DNA of 64,000 nucleotides from Macrostomum lignano (taxonomy: Eukaryota). The notes beneath the pieces were generated by a model. That model did no database searches and had not been told where the DNA came from. It saw nothing but the letters and a program-made list of their open reading frames with translations. Location: contig NIVC01000195.1 in assembly GCA_002269645.1 (NCBI GenBank), forward strand, positions 1 to 64,000, in the 5' to 3' direction. How positions within the stretch are numbered: the stretch's first letter is position 1; each line of letters starts with the position of its first letter. A program made the translations under genes and the position numbers. Shown here in pieces: positions 43,243 through 55,321 of the stretch.

Positions 43243-46200
43243 TCAGACATCATCAAAAAATCCGCCCCGCCCGCTGCCAGACTTGTAGGGCGGCGGCTGC
43301 TGGCGGAGCTGCTGCTGCTGTACGGCAGCTCTGGCCGACGGGAACAGCGGCTGCGTGTCGGCCTCGAACTCCACCGGCTCGCCGTCCGCCTGCAGCAGCC
43401 GCTCAAAGCGACTCGATCGCGGCGGCGACGGTGACAGCTCGGCGACAGGTGCCGCAGCAGCGCCGGCAGCCCCGGAGCTCCTGGGAAGCTGGCGCGCTGG
43501 CGGTGGCTTCCGCGCAAACAGCTCGTCCTCCTCGTCGCCGCTGTCGGTGCTTTTCAACAGGCCGCCAGTCGAGCTGCTGCCGCCGGGGCGCCGCGGCTAC
43601 GCCTGGCGCGCTCTGTGAAAAGTCGGTGGTTGGTGCGGGGCTTGGATTTCTCTTGATCTACGTCTACTAGCCACTACTAGGCATTACTAGCCACTACTAG
43701 GCACTACTAGGCACTACTAGCTACTATTAGCCACTACTAGCTACTTCTAGTCACTGCTAGCTACTACTAGCCACTACTAGGCAATACTAGCCACTACTAG
43801 GCTCAATTAGATAGCCACAATTAGATACTATTAGCCGCTACTAGCTACTACTAGTCCTTACTAGCCACTACTAAGCATTACTAGCCACTACTAGCTACTA
43901 TTGACCACCACTAGCTACTACTAGTCATTACTAGCCACTACTAAGCATTACTAGTCACTTACTAGCTACTATTAGCCACTACTAGCTACAGCTACTAGCC
44001 ACTACTAGCTACTATTAGCCACTAGTACCTACTATTGGCCACTACTAGCCCTTACTAGTCACTATTGAGCGTTACCAGCAATTGTCTCACCTCTGCGAAG
44101 CAGCAGTCGGCCCTCCTCCAGCAAGTCGGAGGTGAGCTCATCGTCCGAGCTGATGAACTGCTGCACGCCCAGGCAGTGCAGCAGGCGGCTGCCCAGCCGG
44201 AAGTAGCTGGCCAAGGCCAGCAACAGGATGGCGATGGGGAAGTACAGGTTGACACCATTGGAGATGATGGCCACGAGATCCAGATGGCCCATTAGCTGAG
44301 TGTAGGCCGTCTGCGCCTTCAACCCGCTGGCCAGGTGGGAGTCCAGGTGCACCAGGCCCAGGAAGTTCAGGCACAGCGGCGGGGTGAGCCGGCAGAACAG
44401 CATGCCGCTGAAGATGAGGCTGTTCTCGTCTGTCTGGTGGTTGGGCACCAGGCGGAAGTAGTTGAACAGCTTCAGGCGGAACACGGTGAAGTAGGTGCAG
44501 GCGCACAGGTAGCCGATGGCCAGCAGGCAGATCAGCTGCACCGACAGGGCGCCGCGGCCGGCCTGCACCAGCAGGGCCAGCGGGGTCAGCACCGGCCACT
44601 TAATAAAGAAGGTGCACTCGCACCACAGCATGAGGCCGGACGCGGCCAGCAGGAAGCAGGCGGCGCCGCGGAGCAGCCAGCTGCGGGCGTGGCACTTCCA
44701 GTAGAACTCCACGCCCGGGCCCAGCAGGCGCCGCAGGAGTCCGCCGCTTTCGCTATCGAAGTCGCCCTCGCCGCGACGGAAGAAGTGCAGCCGGGAGCCG
44801 CGGTTGGACTCGATGTCCTCCAGGAAGGCGGCCGAGGCGTAGGCCTCCTGGGACAGCGAGAATTGGGGCGGATTTTCGAATGGACTGAGAAATCTACTTA
44901 TTGAATACTGGATCCTTGGCCTCTCACCTTTAGAATCTCAGATTCTTGGCCTCTCACCTTTGGGATCAAATTCTAAGAAACAATTTAAACATTCGTATCC
45001 GACAAGAACTGAATGTCAGGAGAACAACAAATTAGCAGAAGCCCCAGCAACCCCCGCACCTGCAGCAGGCAGCGGCTCCGCTGCTCCAGGCCGATGGCCT
45101 TCTTTAGCTGGCAGTGCAGCTTCACCAGCCGCTTCGCTGTGAGGCCGCCGCCGTCCTCGTCTTCGTTTAGCCGCCGCCTGGCCGCCGCGATGGACGAAGC
45201 GGTCGGTTTGCCCCGGCCGAGCCCGGCGTCGCGTCCTCCGCAGTAGCCGCTGCTCTCGGCCAGCTCGGCCACTGTCCGGGCATTGGCAGCAAGCGGATGC
45301 TCCGGGCCGGGCACGCACTCGGCCAGCTGGACGGCCTCGGCGGCCAGGTCCTCCAGTTCCTCCTGGTGCTCGATGAGCTCCGAGTTGACCTTGGCCAGCC
45401 GGAAGTAGGCCCGCTTCAGGCTCTCGCCCGGACAGCCGGCGCTCCAGACGGTGCGGGGCAGCTCGACCAGGCCGTAGCCGAGGAACAGCACGATGAGCAC
45501 CAGGCCCCAGGTGTTGCTGGCCGTGATGCCGATCACGCGGAGCTGCGCACTGGAATTGTGGTCCGTTTCTTTTCATAGAATTACTAATTGGTAGCTACTC
45601 ACAGTGCTCAGATAGCTACTCACAGTGCTCAGGTAGCTACTCACACTGCTCAGATAGCTACTCAGTGCTCAGATAGCTACTCACAGTGCTCAGATAGCTA
45701 CTCACAGTGCTCAGGTAGCTACTCACAGTGCTCAGATAGCTACTCACAGTGCTCAGATAGCTACTCACAGTGCTCAGGTAGCTACTCAGTGCTCCTAGCT
45801 ATTTAGTGGCAGTAGCCCGATACTAAATAATTATAATCAAGGAGTTCAACTTACAAATCAATGTGAATGTCCGGTCTAGTGGCCACATAGATGAAGCAGA
45901 TGGCAAAGATGAGCAGGTAGGTCGAATAGTACAACGCATTGTCAACCAGGGAGGCCTTCACTTTGCCCAGGACGTTGAACTCGCCCGCCTTGGCGTAGGA
46001 CTGCATGATGGGCAAGAAAATCCTGGGGAAGAAATTGGTATGCTTGGTCACAAATCAAAGGATAAAAACCAGCTGCCAAATCCCAATAATGAGACATACA
46101 ATCCAGATTTCCGAATCGTACCTATGAGGTTCCAGACCCTGAAATCTCAACCAATTAGATACCAGACCCTGAAATCTCAACCAATTAGATACCAGACACT

Positions 46201-47187
46201 GAAATCTCAACCAATTAGATACCAGACCCTGAAATCTCAACCAATTAGATACCATACCCTGAAATCTCAACCAATTAGATACCAGACCCTGAAATCTCAA
46301 CCAATTAGATACCAGACCCTGAAATCTCAACCAATTAGATACCAGACCCTGAAATCTCAACCAATTAGATACCAGACCCTGAAATCTCAACCAATTAGAT
46401 ACCAGACCCTGAAATCTCAACCAATTAGATACCAGACCCTGAAATCTCAACCCAGGAGATACCAGACCCTGAAATCTCAACCCCAGACCCTGAAATCTCA
46501 ACCCAGGAGATACCATACCCTGAAATCTCAACGCATGAGAAACCCGACCCTGAAATCTCAACCCATGAGATACCAGACCCTGAAATCTCAACCCATGAGA
46601 TACCAGACCCTGAAATCTCAACCCATGAGATACCAGACCCTGAAATCTCAATCCATGAGATACCAGACCCTGAAATCTCAACGCATGAGATACCAAATCA
46701 CGAAAGCTTTACAAAGCAGCTCCTAGCATAACCATCTGGCATAACCAGGCCAGAAGCGAATAGGAACTAAACACACACCAGGTAAGGAACTGGCAGGACC
46801 AGTAGATGACGCGCCAGAAGCTGACCAGAAATGCCCTGGGAATATGGTTCCACGGCTCCCGGCAGGCTGGCGCAGAGGTGCCGTTGGCCTCCAGGCCGGA
46901 GACGTTGCTCATCAGGCAGTCCTCATAGAATGTCTGCGGGTTTGGTAACTCAGTGAGCTGGAATGCCTGCTGCATTTTATACTACTAAGCAGCCCATTGC
47001 TTACACAGTTGATGTCAGTAGGCAGTATGAAGACGATCAGAAAGCAGAACTGCCAGGCCAGAAATGTGACTCCGGTGACCACCAGCTGCTGCCTCCGCCA
47101 GTTGCCATAGTGATGCAGCAGAGAAGCTGTTAGCAAGACTACGCAGACAATTTCAAACAGCAGGAATGAGTAGCCAGCGCCTGACAT
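43243..47187 (-). CDS. LMBRD2: LMBR1-domain-containing protein 2, 6 coding exons, apparent 1-nt frameshift in last exon
   Basis: Exons 47187-47005 (MSGAGYSFLLFEIV..AWQFCFLIVFILPTD), 46933-46779, 46022-45855 (LPIMQSY..NALYY), 45549-45060 (ASNTWGL..GYGLVELPR), 44847-44091 (LVPNHQTDENSLIFSGMLFCRLTPPLCLNFLGL), 43612-43243 (..GGFFDDV*). Confidence 0.93.
43665..44060. repeat. ~10-bp intronic microsatellite (ctagccacta)n
   Basis: Fills LMBRD2 intron 5; short related copy near 42490. Confidence 0.95.
45588..45800. repeat. 21-bp intronic minisatellite (gtgctcagatagctactcaca)n
   Basis: LMBRD2 intron 3. Confidence 0.95.
46130..46695. repeat. 30-bp intronic minisatellite (accagaccctgaaatctcaaccaattagat)n
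   Basis: LMBRD2 intron 2; two unit variants arranged in blocks. Confidence 0.95.
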
Positions 47188-47723
47188 GGGGAGAGCTGAA
47201 ATTGGGTTTTAACAAATGTTTGATAGAAGCAGAGAATCTGCTGCTGCTGGTTGCTGTTACTGCTGCACAGCCAAGAATGCAACATACAGTCAGTCCCAGG
47301 CATCAAAGCAAGCCTATTATCAGCTAATTACAGAAGTCCTTGCACATAATATTTGCAGGTTAGAGAAAACCTTAAAATATGCATAATTGCGGTATACAAA
47401 TTACCAAAAATGTAGCAAATTAACAGTGATAAAATATAGAAGGGTATCCTAGCAAATACTAAAACATTATTAGCTAATAAAGATTGGTTTGGTTACTCTT
47501 AATCTATTAAAAAAATTATTATATTTAATTAATAGATTAATAGATTAAAAATTAAGAATAAAAAAACAAAAAGATTAATACATTTAAGGTTACATAATTT
47601 TTTTGTGTTGGTAGCAATGGAAAAAACCTAGAAGTCTACCTTGAAAAATATTATTGATTATATACATTACTTTTAAATTAGCATATTAATATTTTTATCA
47701 AAAAACCTGTAGCTAAACATATA

Positions 47724-48630
47724 CCAGGTCGTGCAAAAATGTAATGTTAGAAAATGTTTGTTAATATAAAGGGTGCTTCCCAGAACTATTTGAATCTGAT
47801 ATCGCCTGAAAGAATGCTATATAAGCTCTCAATTGATACCATTCTTGACTCAAATTACTTCCAGTTGTATGATTAAATGTCTAAGAAAAGAAAACAGATT
47901 GAACTCTTAGTCTGTGCCAAAAAGAATAATGAAGAAATCTTCAAGCTTGTTGGATGTTCAACTGTGTCTGTCTCAAGAGTGAAAAAGCTGATTTCTGATA
48001 AAGAAAGCTTGCTAGTAAAACTTGACCTGAATGTTGTCAAAGAGCAATTTGCTGACAATTTGACTGCCTCCATAAGCAGCCTGGCCAAGCAGAACAGTGT
48101 CAGTCAGTCAACAATGTCACAAGCAGTGAAAAGAGCTAGTGGAATTTCTCTACAACAATGTAAGCAGCCACTTCTGTCCCAAACTCAGCAAGATATACAA
48201 CTTAGCAAGCAAGAGCACTTCTAAACTTGTTGAAGCACACTCTAGCTGGTTGAGTCACTATTTTCTTGGATAAGAAAACTTTTACAGAGTCTGGATATCA
48301 ATCTGTTGGACTATACCCTGGATAGCATACCTAGTGGCACATCTCTAGCCAGGCCTACACTATATGCCACCCAAATGTAAATGCTCTAAAGGCTGCTATT
48401 AATGCAGCATAGATTGAGATGGACAAGGAGTACATCATCAAGATATTCTCCAGCTTCAGGGACTGTGTGGAGTAGGTCATTAGCACTGAAGGTGGTTATA
48501 TTGATTGAACACACTCATTAGACATAAAGTTATATTTGTGTTATTTTAGAAAGTTATAAGCTGAATAAATAAAAAGATAATTGCATTTCATGATAAAACT
48601 GCTTCACATTACATTTTGCATAATCCAATG
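47724..48630 (+). mobile_element. Decayed, internally deleted Tc1/mariner-superfamily (maT-like) transposon
   Basis: ORF 47877-48224 with HTH-like GCSTVSVSRVKK and SVSQSTMSQAVK; downstream fragments resembling DINLLDY and ISTEGGYID; degenerate TIRs (tgcaaaaatgtaatg / cattacattttgca) with TA flanks. Confidence 0.65.
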
Positions 48631-49632
48631 TAGAGGTCAGATAAAATAAAAGATTTAAGATCAAATGGGATTTTAGAATTGCTATTTTGGCAGTATCTGG
48701 GATTTAAAGATCAAGATCTCTCTAGTTCTACTAGCAAAGCACCATATATGCCATACTCCAGAAAGCATATATCATGCCAGAAATCATGCATTTGGTTTGG
48801 CCTAAAAATTGTCGCATGCATTGGCATGCATTCCACACTCCTGATTATGTAGTATATGCCCAAAAATTTGGGCGTGCATTGGCCTTGCATGCCAATTCCA
48901 AAATTAGACATGCAGAGTTAGCATGCATCACTCTAGAGAAAATAGTATGTATGCACACCTAGTGTGCACTTTAAAGAATCACATATAAGAGTTATTGGGA
49001 AGTTGAAAAAATATGAAAAAAGTTCATTTTTAAGTGCAAATTTCAAGCTTTCCAGTTTTTAAGCTTGTAATAGAGCACTTAAACAAATCTTTGCATGTAT
49101 AATTTTTTTGCTATACAAAGTATGCCAAAAAGCATAAAAAGCAACCAAATTATCTGGTAATAAGGGTCTATTACGTGATTTAAAAAAAGTTATTTTATTG
49201 TTGCAACGTAAAAAGGTCATTTATAGTTGTAACACCGGCATATTTTTGAGAATGGGCATGCACTACATTTTTTTTGTGTGCATTTGTAATTATTCAATTT
49301 TTGTTTGGGCCTGCACCCAGCATGATCCGGACTATGGCGTGCATTTGGGTATTGCATGCCAAAAGTAACATGTTGGCATGCTATGGCATGGTATAGCTAG
49401 CATAGAATGTGGCCTAGCATGATAGTAAGGCATGTTTTGTTGAGACAAAAGTTTGTGAAAAAAAACATGGAGTTGTGGAAACAAGAATTCATACTTATTT
49501 TTATTGCAAAATGACAAGTAAATTTTAATGTGCCAAAAAAGAAATATAGTATATTTGCATGCTATAGGCCCTAATAGTTTTAAAACAGTTAAAGACTTAG
49601 TGTGCATTTGCTTGGCACTGGCGTGCATCTAC

Positions 49633-49817
49633 CAGTGGCGCAACCAGGGGGGGGGGGGCAGGGGTGGTCCCCCCCCTTAGGCAGAGACCCAAAAAAAATC
49701 AAAGGGCGACCAAGCGAATTTTTGCCAAAAACAGAGCCACCCCTCCGCCCCCCTCCCCTCCCGGGACTTTACCCTCCAGAATCCGCCCCCCTCAAAAAAT
49801 TTCTGGTTGCGCTACTG
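49633..49817. mobile_element. 185-bp hAT-type MITE
   Basis: TIRs cagtggcgcaaccag / ctggttgcgctactg; 8-bp TSD gcatctac/gcatttac (1 mismatch); G/C-run interior. Confidence 0.85.
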
Positions 49818-52150
49818 GCATTTACTTGGTAGGCATGCTGCATGCATTGGTTCAGAGCATTCTGGTGTGCACTGTGCACTCAATTCAATATGATCCCGCC
49901 TATGGTATATATGAAAATCTCTATGCCTAATTTTAATTACAGTATAGAGTTTTTAAATATTACAAGTATTAAAGCTTAGTAAATACTATATACTATTACC
50001 CAAAATCAAAGAAGATAGGCCTATTTTCAAAATTTTGATTTTTTATGAATCTTTTCTCTTTTAAAATAGGTTAAAAAGTAGGCATATACATAATAATAAT
50101 AAAGTAAAAAATTAAATAAATATAAATATTAACAACAAGGTACTTAAACTGCCCAACTTTCCCATTCCCATATATTATTTATGAATATTTGGAATTTGGG
50201 TTTTGGACTAAAATATAATATGAAAATCTAGTTTTAGGTTATATACATAAACTGCCAATTGGATGCCACCGGCACGAGACTTTTAGCAAGTTTTACTATT
50301 CATATATTATTTAACAAAAATTTTTTAATTATTCATCGTCTCGCCCAAGCCAAAAAAGCTTTTGACCACCCAAGCCAACGGCCAACGCCAAGGGCATGAT
50401 TCCAGTGGTAAAAAATAGCTTTGACCCAAAATGTAGAGTTTTTACTTTCGTGTGAAGAATAGAATCAAACATCCACGAAATCCTGTTCACAAACAGCCTT
50501 AACTAATAAGTATAAAATAATAATTATTAGCTATTTGCGAGAAGGCACGGGCCTTTGGTCGATCGGAGTGTTGTGGCTAAGTTTAAGTTGGCGCAACTTT
50601 TCCTAGAATCTAATTATGGTTTGATTAAACGGATAATCCGTCTGGTGAGAACAGATTTAAGCTACAGAGAAGTCCAGGGTGAATGGTTAGTCAAATTGAG
50701 CAATGTAAGCTAATGCTGCGGCGCTGAAAGATTTACCGGTTGTCATAGTAATTCTAAGTAGAAGGTTCTTTATCTGATCTTCACATTCAGAATTAAGTTC
50801 TGTCGTTTTACTAGTAGTAAGCAGTTTAGCGCTAGATCACCCGTATTATGATTGAAGGAACTAATTATTTCCAGTTAATTGGGTTGATAATTGACAGATG
50901 ACATATTTTAAAACAAACGAGGGCTACTGCCTGCTGTGCAGTACGTGTGCATGGTGTTACTGTATCTCGCGTAGGTATTGTATAGCACAAAAACGGTTGC
51001 GTTTGCCTGTTCTTACGTGACTACACAAATGCCCGAATTGCAACCAAGATGATCGAATTAATAACACGCATGAGAGAAAACCTATCCATCAATTAATTGT
51101 TAGAATCTGGCTTCCAGTTTCTGTTTTTTAAAACCTCTGCTATTTCCGTGTCATTTTTATAAATTAGCATTTATCAATCAAATTAAAGCTAACGTTGGGT
51201 TGGGGATCGATGCCCTTTACGATGCTAGCTGTAGTTTTAGCCTTCATGGATCCGATAGCCATAAATCAGCATTAATCGAACTGGCTCCCTACTTATACAA
51301 AAGTCTGCAGCTCTGCCGATAAGCGACTCTGGAAATTAATGGGAATTGAAATGCTCGCGGCTGATAGGGGGATGGGGCCGTGCGCTCTAGCCGCTGCTGA
51401 TGTACGAAGAATGGTGGAATTTCCAATTGCAAGCTAGGCTTGCAGGTGCAAACATTTTATCGTGCAGTGGCTCTAGAAATCCTGCTCATCTAGAAAATCT
51501 CAAGCCGCCTTCTTGCACACGGCCCCTCCAAGCAGAAATGTATAACATTACCAACGGTTGACAAGCACACATGACAAGCACATGATAAGCATATTGAATT
51601 GCATGAAGCAAAACACCTGAGAACAAAGAAGAAATTTGAGTTTGCTTGGAATCAAGCCAAGTAAAGTAGCTCATAAAACACGTGGCTTTTTAAAGGGATG
51701 CATGCCAACTCATGCGATGCCAAGGGGCCAGTATAATAATTTCAGTTTATTTCTCCAACCCAGCGTCACAAAGATGTTCAATGCGGCACGATTTGCTTTG
51801 ATAATAAATCAGTAAACTGGTTACTCGGATTTCACACTGGCAGTGCGCATTTGTCTTGTTCATTTAGGTGCAAAGTCCAAAGTCCAGAGGGCCGCGGTCT
51901 CTATGGCAACAGGGCGCCCAAAAAGCCGCGCAGCATCTCGCGATCCTCATCGCACAGTCGACCCTCGTGAGCGGCTCTCTGCAAATTCGTTGTTCCGGTG
52001 AAGGCGTTCGAGTAGCACTCACGCAATGTCCATCAATTCCCTTTTAGTCACCGGTTCCACGCCCCTCTAATTCCAAACTAATCCGAATTCACGCGCGAAT
52101 TTCCTTAATCCCCATCTGCGTGACAGCCTGCTTCATAACTGCCAATTAGG

Positions 52151-52532
52151 CTATGATTGACTGGATTTGATTTTCTTTCTGGGCCCCATGACGCATGCCG
52201 GCAGCAGTCTCACCGCAACGGCTCCGAGGGCCTGCGCTGTGGCGGCGTCAATGGCGCAGACCTCCTGCTCCGAGGGCGACGGCTTCTTCAGGCGGAAGAA
52301 GTGGTAGCCCTTCTTCAGCCGAAAGATCTGGTGGCCGGAGTGGCCCTCCGCGCCCAGCTCGGCCGCCGCGGGATTCGCCACTGGAACAGCAGTAGGGCTA
52401 GGGTTAGGGTTACGGGTTAGGGGTTAGGGAATCGAATCGCAGGGCGAACTCACTGCGGGCTCGGGCGGTTGCCGAGTCGAGGCAGACAAGGCAGACGGTG
52501 GCGAACAGCAGGGCCGACAGGATTCCGTTCAT
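52151..52532 (-). CDS. Neuropeptide precursor (GHSGHQIFRL and GYHFFRL peptides; flatworm SPP-18/19-like), 2 coding exons
   Basis: Exon 52532-52454 MNGILSALLFATVCLVCLDSATARAR (signal peptide), phase-1 GTGAGT..TTCCAG intron 52453-52381, exon 52380-52151 MANPAAAELGAEGHSGHQIFRL-KK-GYHFFRL-KK-PSPSEQEVC..LPACVMGPRKKIKSSQS*. Confidence 0.85.
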
Positions 52533-55321
52533 GTTGTCGGTCTGGGCTTGAGTGTTCTGCAAAATTGGAACACGCTTGGACCGTGCACTGCACCATACAG
52601 GCATTGCCTGATTGCAGCTCTCAGTTTCAGCCAGTTTTAGCCCCCCATCCTGAGGCCTTGAGTTCCTTCTCGGCCACCAGCTGGCTGGGGAATGAATCCC
52701 TTCACGGGTGGGAATACTTAAAGAGGCGTCAGTCACTCTGAAGCAAGGCCTAAGAAAATTTCCTCGGAGATTCCCGCGCGAACGGGCGCCACTGTCTCCG
52801 AGGTGAAGCTGTGACTGACAAGCGGCAGAAGCAGCAGACAATGGTGGGGAAGACAATGCCGATGTGAAGGCACTTGGAAACTCAAAGATGCATACACGAC
52901 CCTTTCCATGGCTGGGGGGGGGGGTAGAGAACAGCTCAGCCTCGACTCTTGAAAATTACGAGGCATCAAAGGAGAACTTCTCAACTTTTCAGAGCTAGAG
53001 GAAAAAGCATGAATATGAAAGGCACGGGGATGAAGGGATAACAGGGAATATCTAATCCTGTCTCCAATTCTTCCTTGTCCGAGGCTGCCGGATCGATAAA
53101 GAGAAAAAGTGATGAGCGCCCGGCCCGGCTGGTTATCGCCGCTTCTCATCGGCCTCATCAGCCCGGCTGGCAGCTGCCCCCCCCCACGGCTCGTCATCTG
53201 AGATGAAGGAAGCTGGCTGCTCAGGGCGTGTAAGCTACATCACCGGTCAGCTCACTCCAAAAGCAGGTGCTGACTTATTCCGTATGAAGTCGACGGGGCC
53301 TCTCCCAGAGGCAAAAGAGATCGGGGAAATCTGTGATCATGAAAAATACAGGTGAGAGCGCCTGCAGCCTGGTGAGGATTATCCGGTAGAATTCCTCGGG
53401 GACCAGGCGTCAGACGAGAGCAGTCTGAAGAAGAATCGCAAACAATGTTGTCTGGGAGGTCAGGGGACCCCCCCCCCAAATGTGGACCCCGACCCGTTCC
53501 GGCAACAGGAACCGGAGACCGCAGCTGCCTACGCTGCCTCATCAAATTGATGAAGGCCAATGCTCTAACAGAAACAATGGACCAAATGCGTGACGAATTT
53601 TCCAACTATGCAGCACAATGGGCTGCATAGTTCTTCCTGGCGCTCCATGTGGTTGCAAGGAAGTAGTCCTGACTAATTGGGCCTGCGCCCCCCCCCCCGC
53701 GCCGCTGAGGCCAAGCAGCTCCCAGACTCACCCGGGTAGCTCTGTTGTTGCTGCAGGACGATGACGAGTCACCGACAATGAGGCAGGAGTTTTCAAGCGG
53801 TTCAGGAGTCCGGGGCTTGAGGCGAATTGCTCAACGGGGTGCGCAAGGAAGGCCGCGTCGGAGCCGCGGGTGCCCGACTTTATGGAGGCCGGGCTGCCCG
53901 GCTCGCATTGGCTGCGCCGGCCCGGCACCGGCCAGTGCAGGTGAGGCGCGCCCGCCCCGAGCAAATCCGCCCCAGCCCTTTGACTGACAGGCGCTGGCGC
54001 TCTGGGGGAAGCTGCTGCTTTCACTGCTGCTTCTTCGTTTCTGGAATTCCCGCCGGCTCTGGCCTGGCCGTGTCAAAGAGGTTGAAGCTGCCGCGGGGCC
54101 GTCGCCCCCCCCACCCCCACCCGAGGATTATACAGCGCAAAATATTCACAATGGGAGAAGTAAATAATTCAGCAGTTGCTCAACCTTTGACGCATTTCAA
54201 TCGGCCCTCCTCGCCCCGGGCTCGAGGCGTCGCGTCTCCATGGAGACTCCACGGAGCAGGGCGAACAGGCGGCTGGCACTGCAGGCATGGGGAGCCGGGG
54301 AAGGTTGGCAGGGCCCAACAGGCTTCTGGGCCCCAGAATGCGGAGGGAATTACAGCAGACTGGCAACTCTGTCAACGAGAGCAGGCCAGCGATGCTTGTA
54401 GGGCAAACAAAAGTGTTTTATTCGAGATCACGGGCCAGTATTTGAGCTGCCTCCCCCTCATTATCTTCCTTGGCTCTGCCCACTGCTCCCAAGCTTGTTT
54501 TGCCTCGCAATGCCGGGGTCAAAGCCAAGATTCCATGGCAGCTTCGGGGCTGGAAGCTGAATTGCAGATTTTATTTTTAGAACTGCTTCAACCAGTCCGT
54601 CTGCCTGGGACCATCGGGGCAGCTCAGCGCAGGCTCCCGAGTCCTACCGGTGCTCACCGCAACCAACTCTCTTCCCGTAAAATCACGCATGGCCTGGACC
54701 CCCGGGCGACTTCCGGTTCCGCGAGCTCTTCATCCGCAGCCGTGGTAATCCAGAAGTTTCAGCCTGATTGCCCGTTAAAAGCTAATGGGAGAACAATGGG
54801 ATGGCCGCGCGACTTGAGCCGATTTTGTGAAGAGGCTGGACGGGGCTGCATCAGGAATCGATGTCCAGGGAGTCTGGCACTATCTAATTCCCATCCTGCA
54901 GTTCCCCCCGGTGACCCACTTTGCAGGGTTCCATCGCGAGCTCAATGGGCACAGGTGAGCTGGGTTGGAGTGTCAGCTGATGACGAGGCGGAAGTCAGGA
55001 TTGCCAGTCTGACACCCCAGTCTCCCGCCCTGGATTGGGATTTAAGAGGGAGGACAATTTCGTGGGGAAAAGTTCTATGAAAGTTTTCATCATTTTCATA
55101 AATTAACGCATTCACTGCCTTTAAGCGACAGACGAGAACCAAGTTATGCTAAAATGAGCTGTGCACGTGTATTGAGTCCCCTGATACGGGGCTGGATAGA
55201 AGATGAAGCGAAGTAATTGCATTGGTAATTAAGTCGGCAGCATTACGGGTAATAAAAAACATTAATCAAATTAGTGATAATCTTTTCTGGATTCTTCATC
55301 CTGGCGTACCGTGCAGTATAG

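Noticed and set aside
53827-55080. 417-aa plus-strand ORF as a single-exon gene
   Set aside because: Non-ATG start, no domain, and internal AT-rich intron-like tracts with splice signals.
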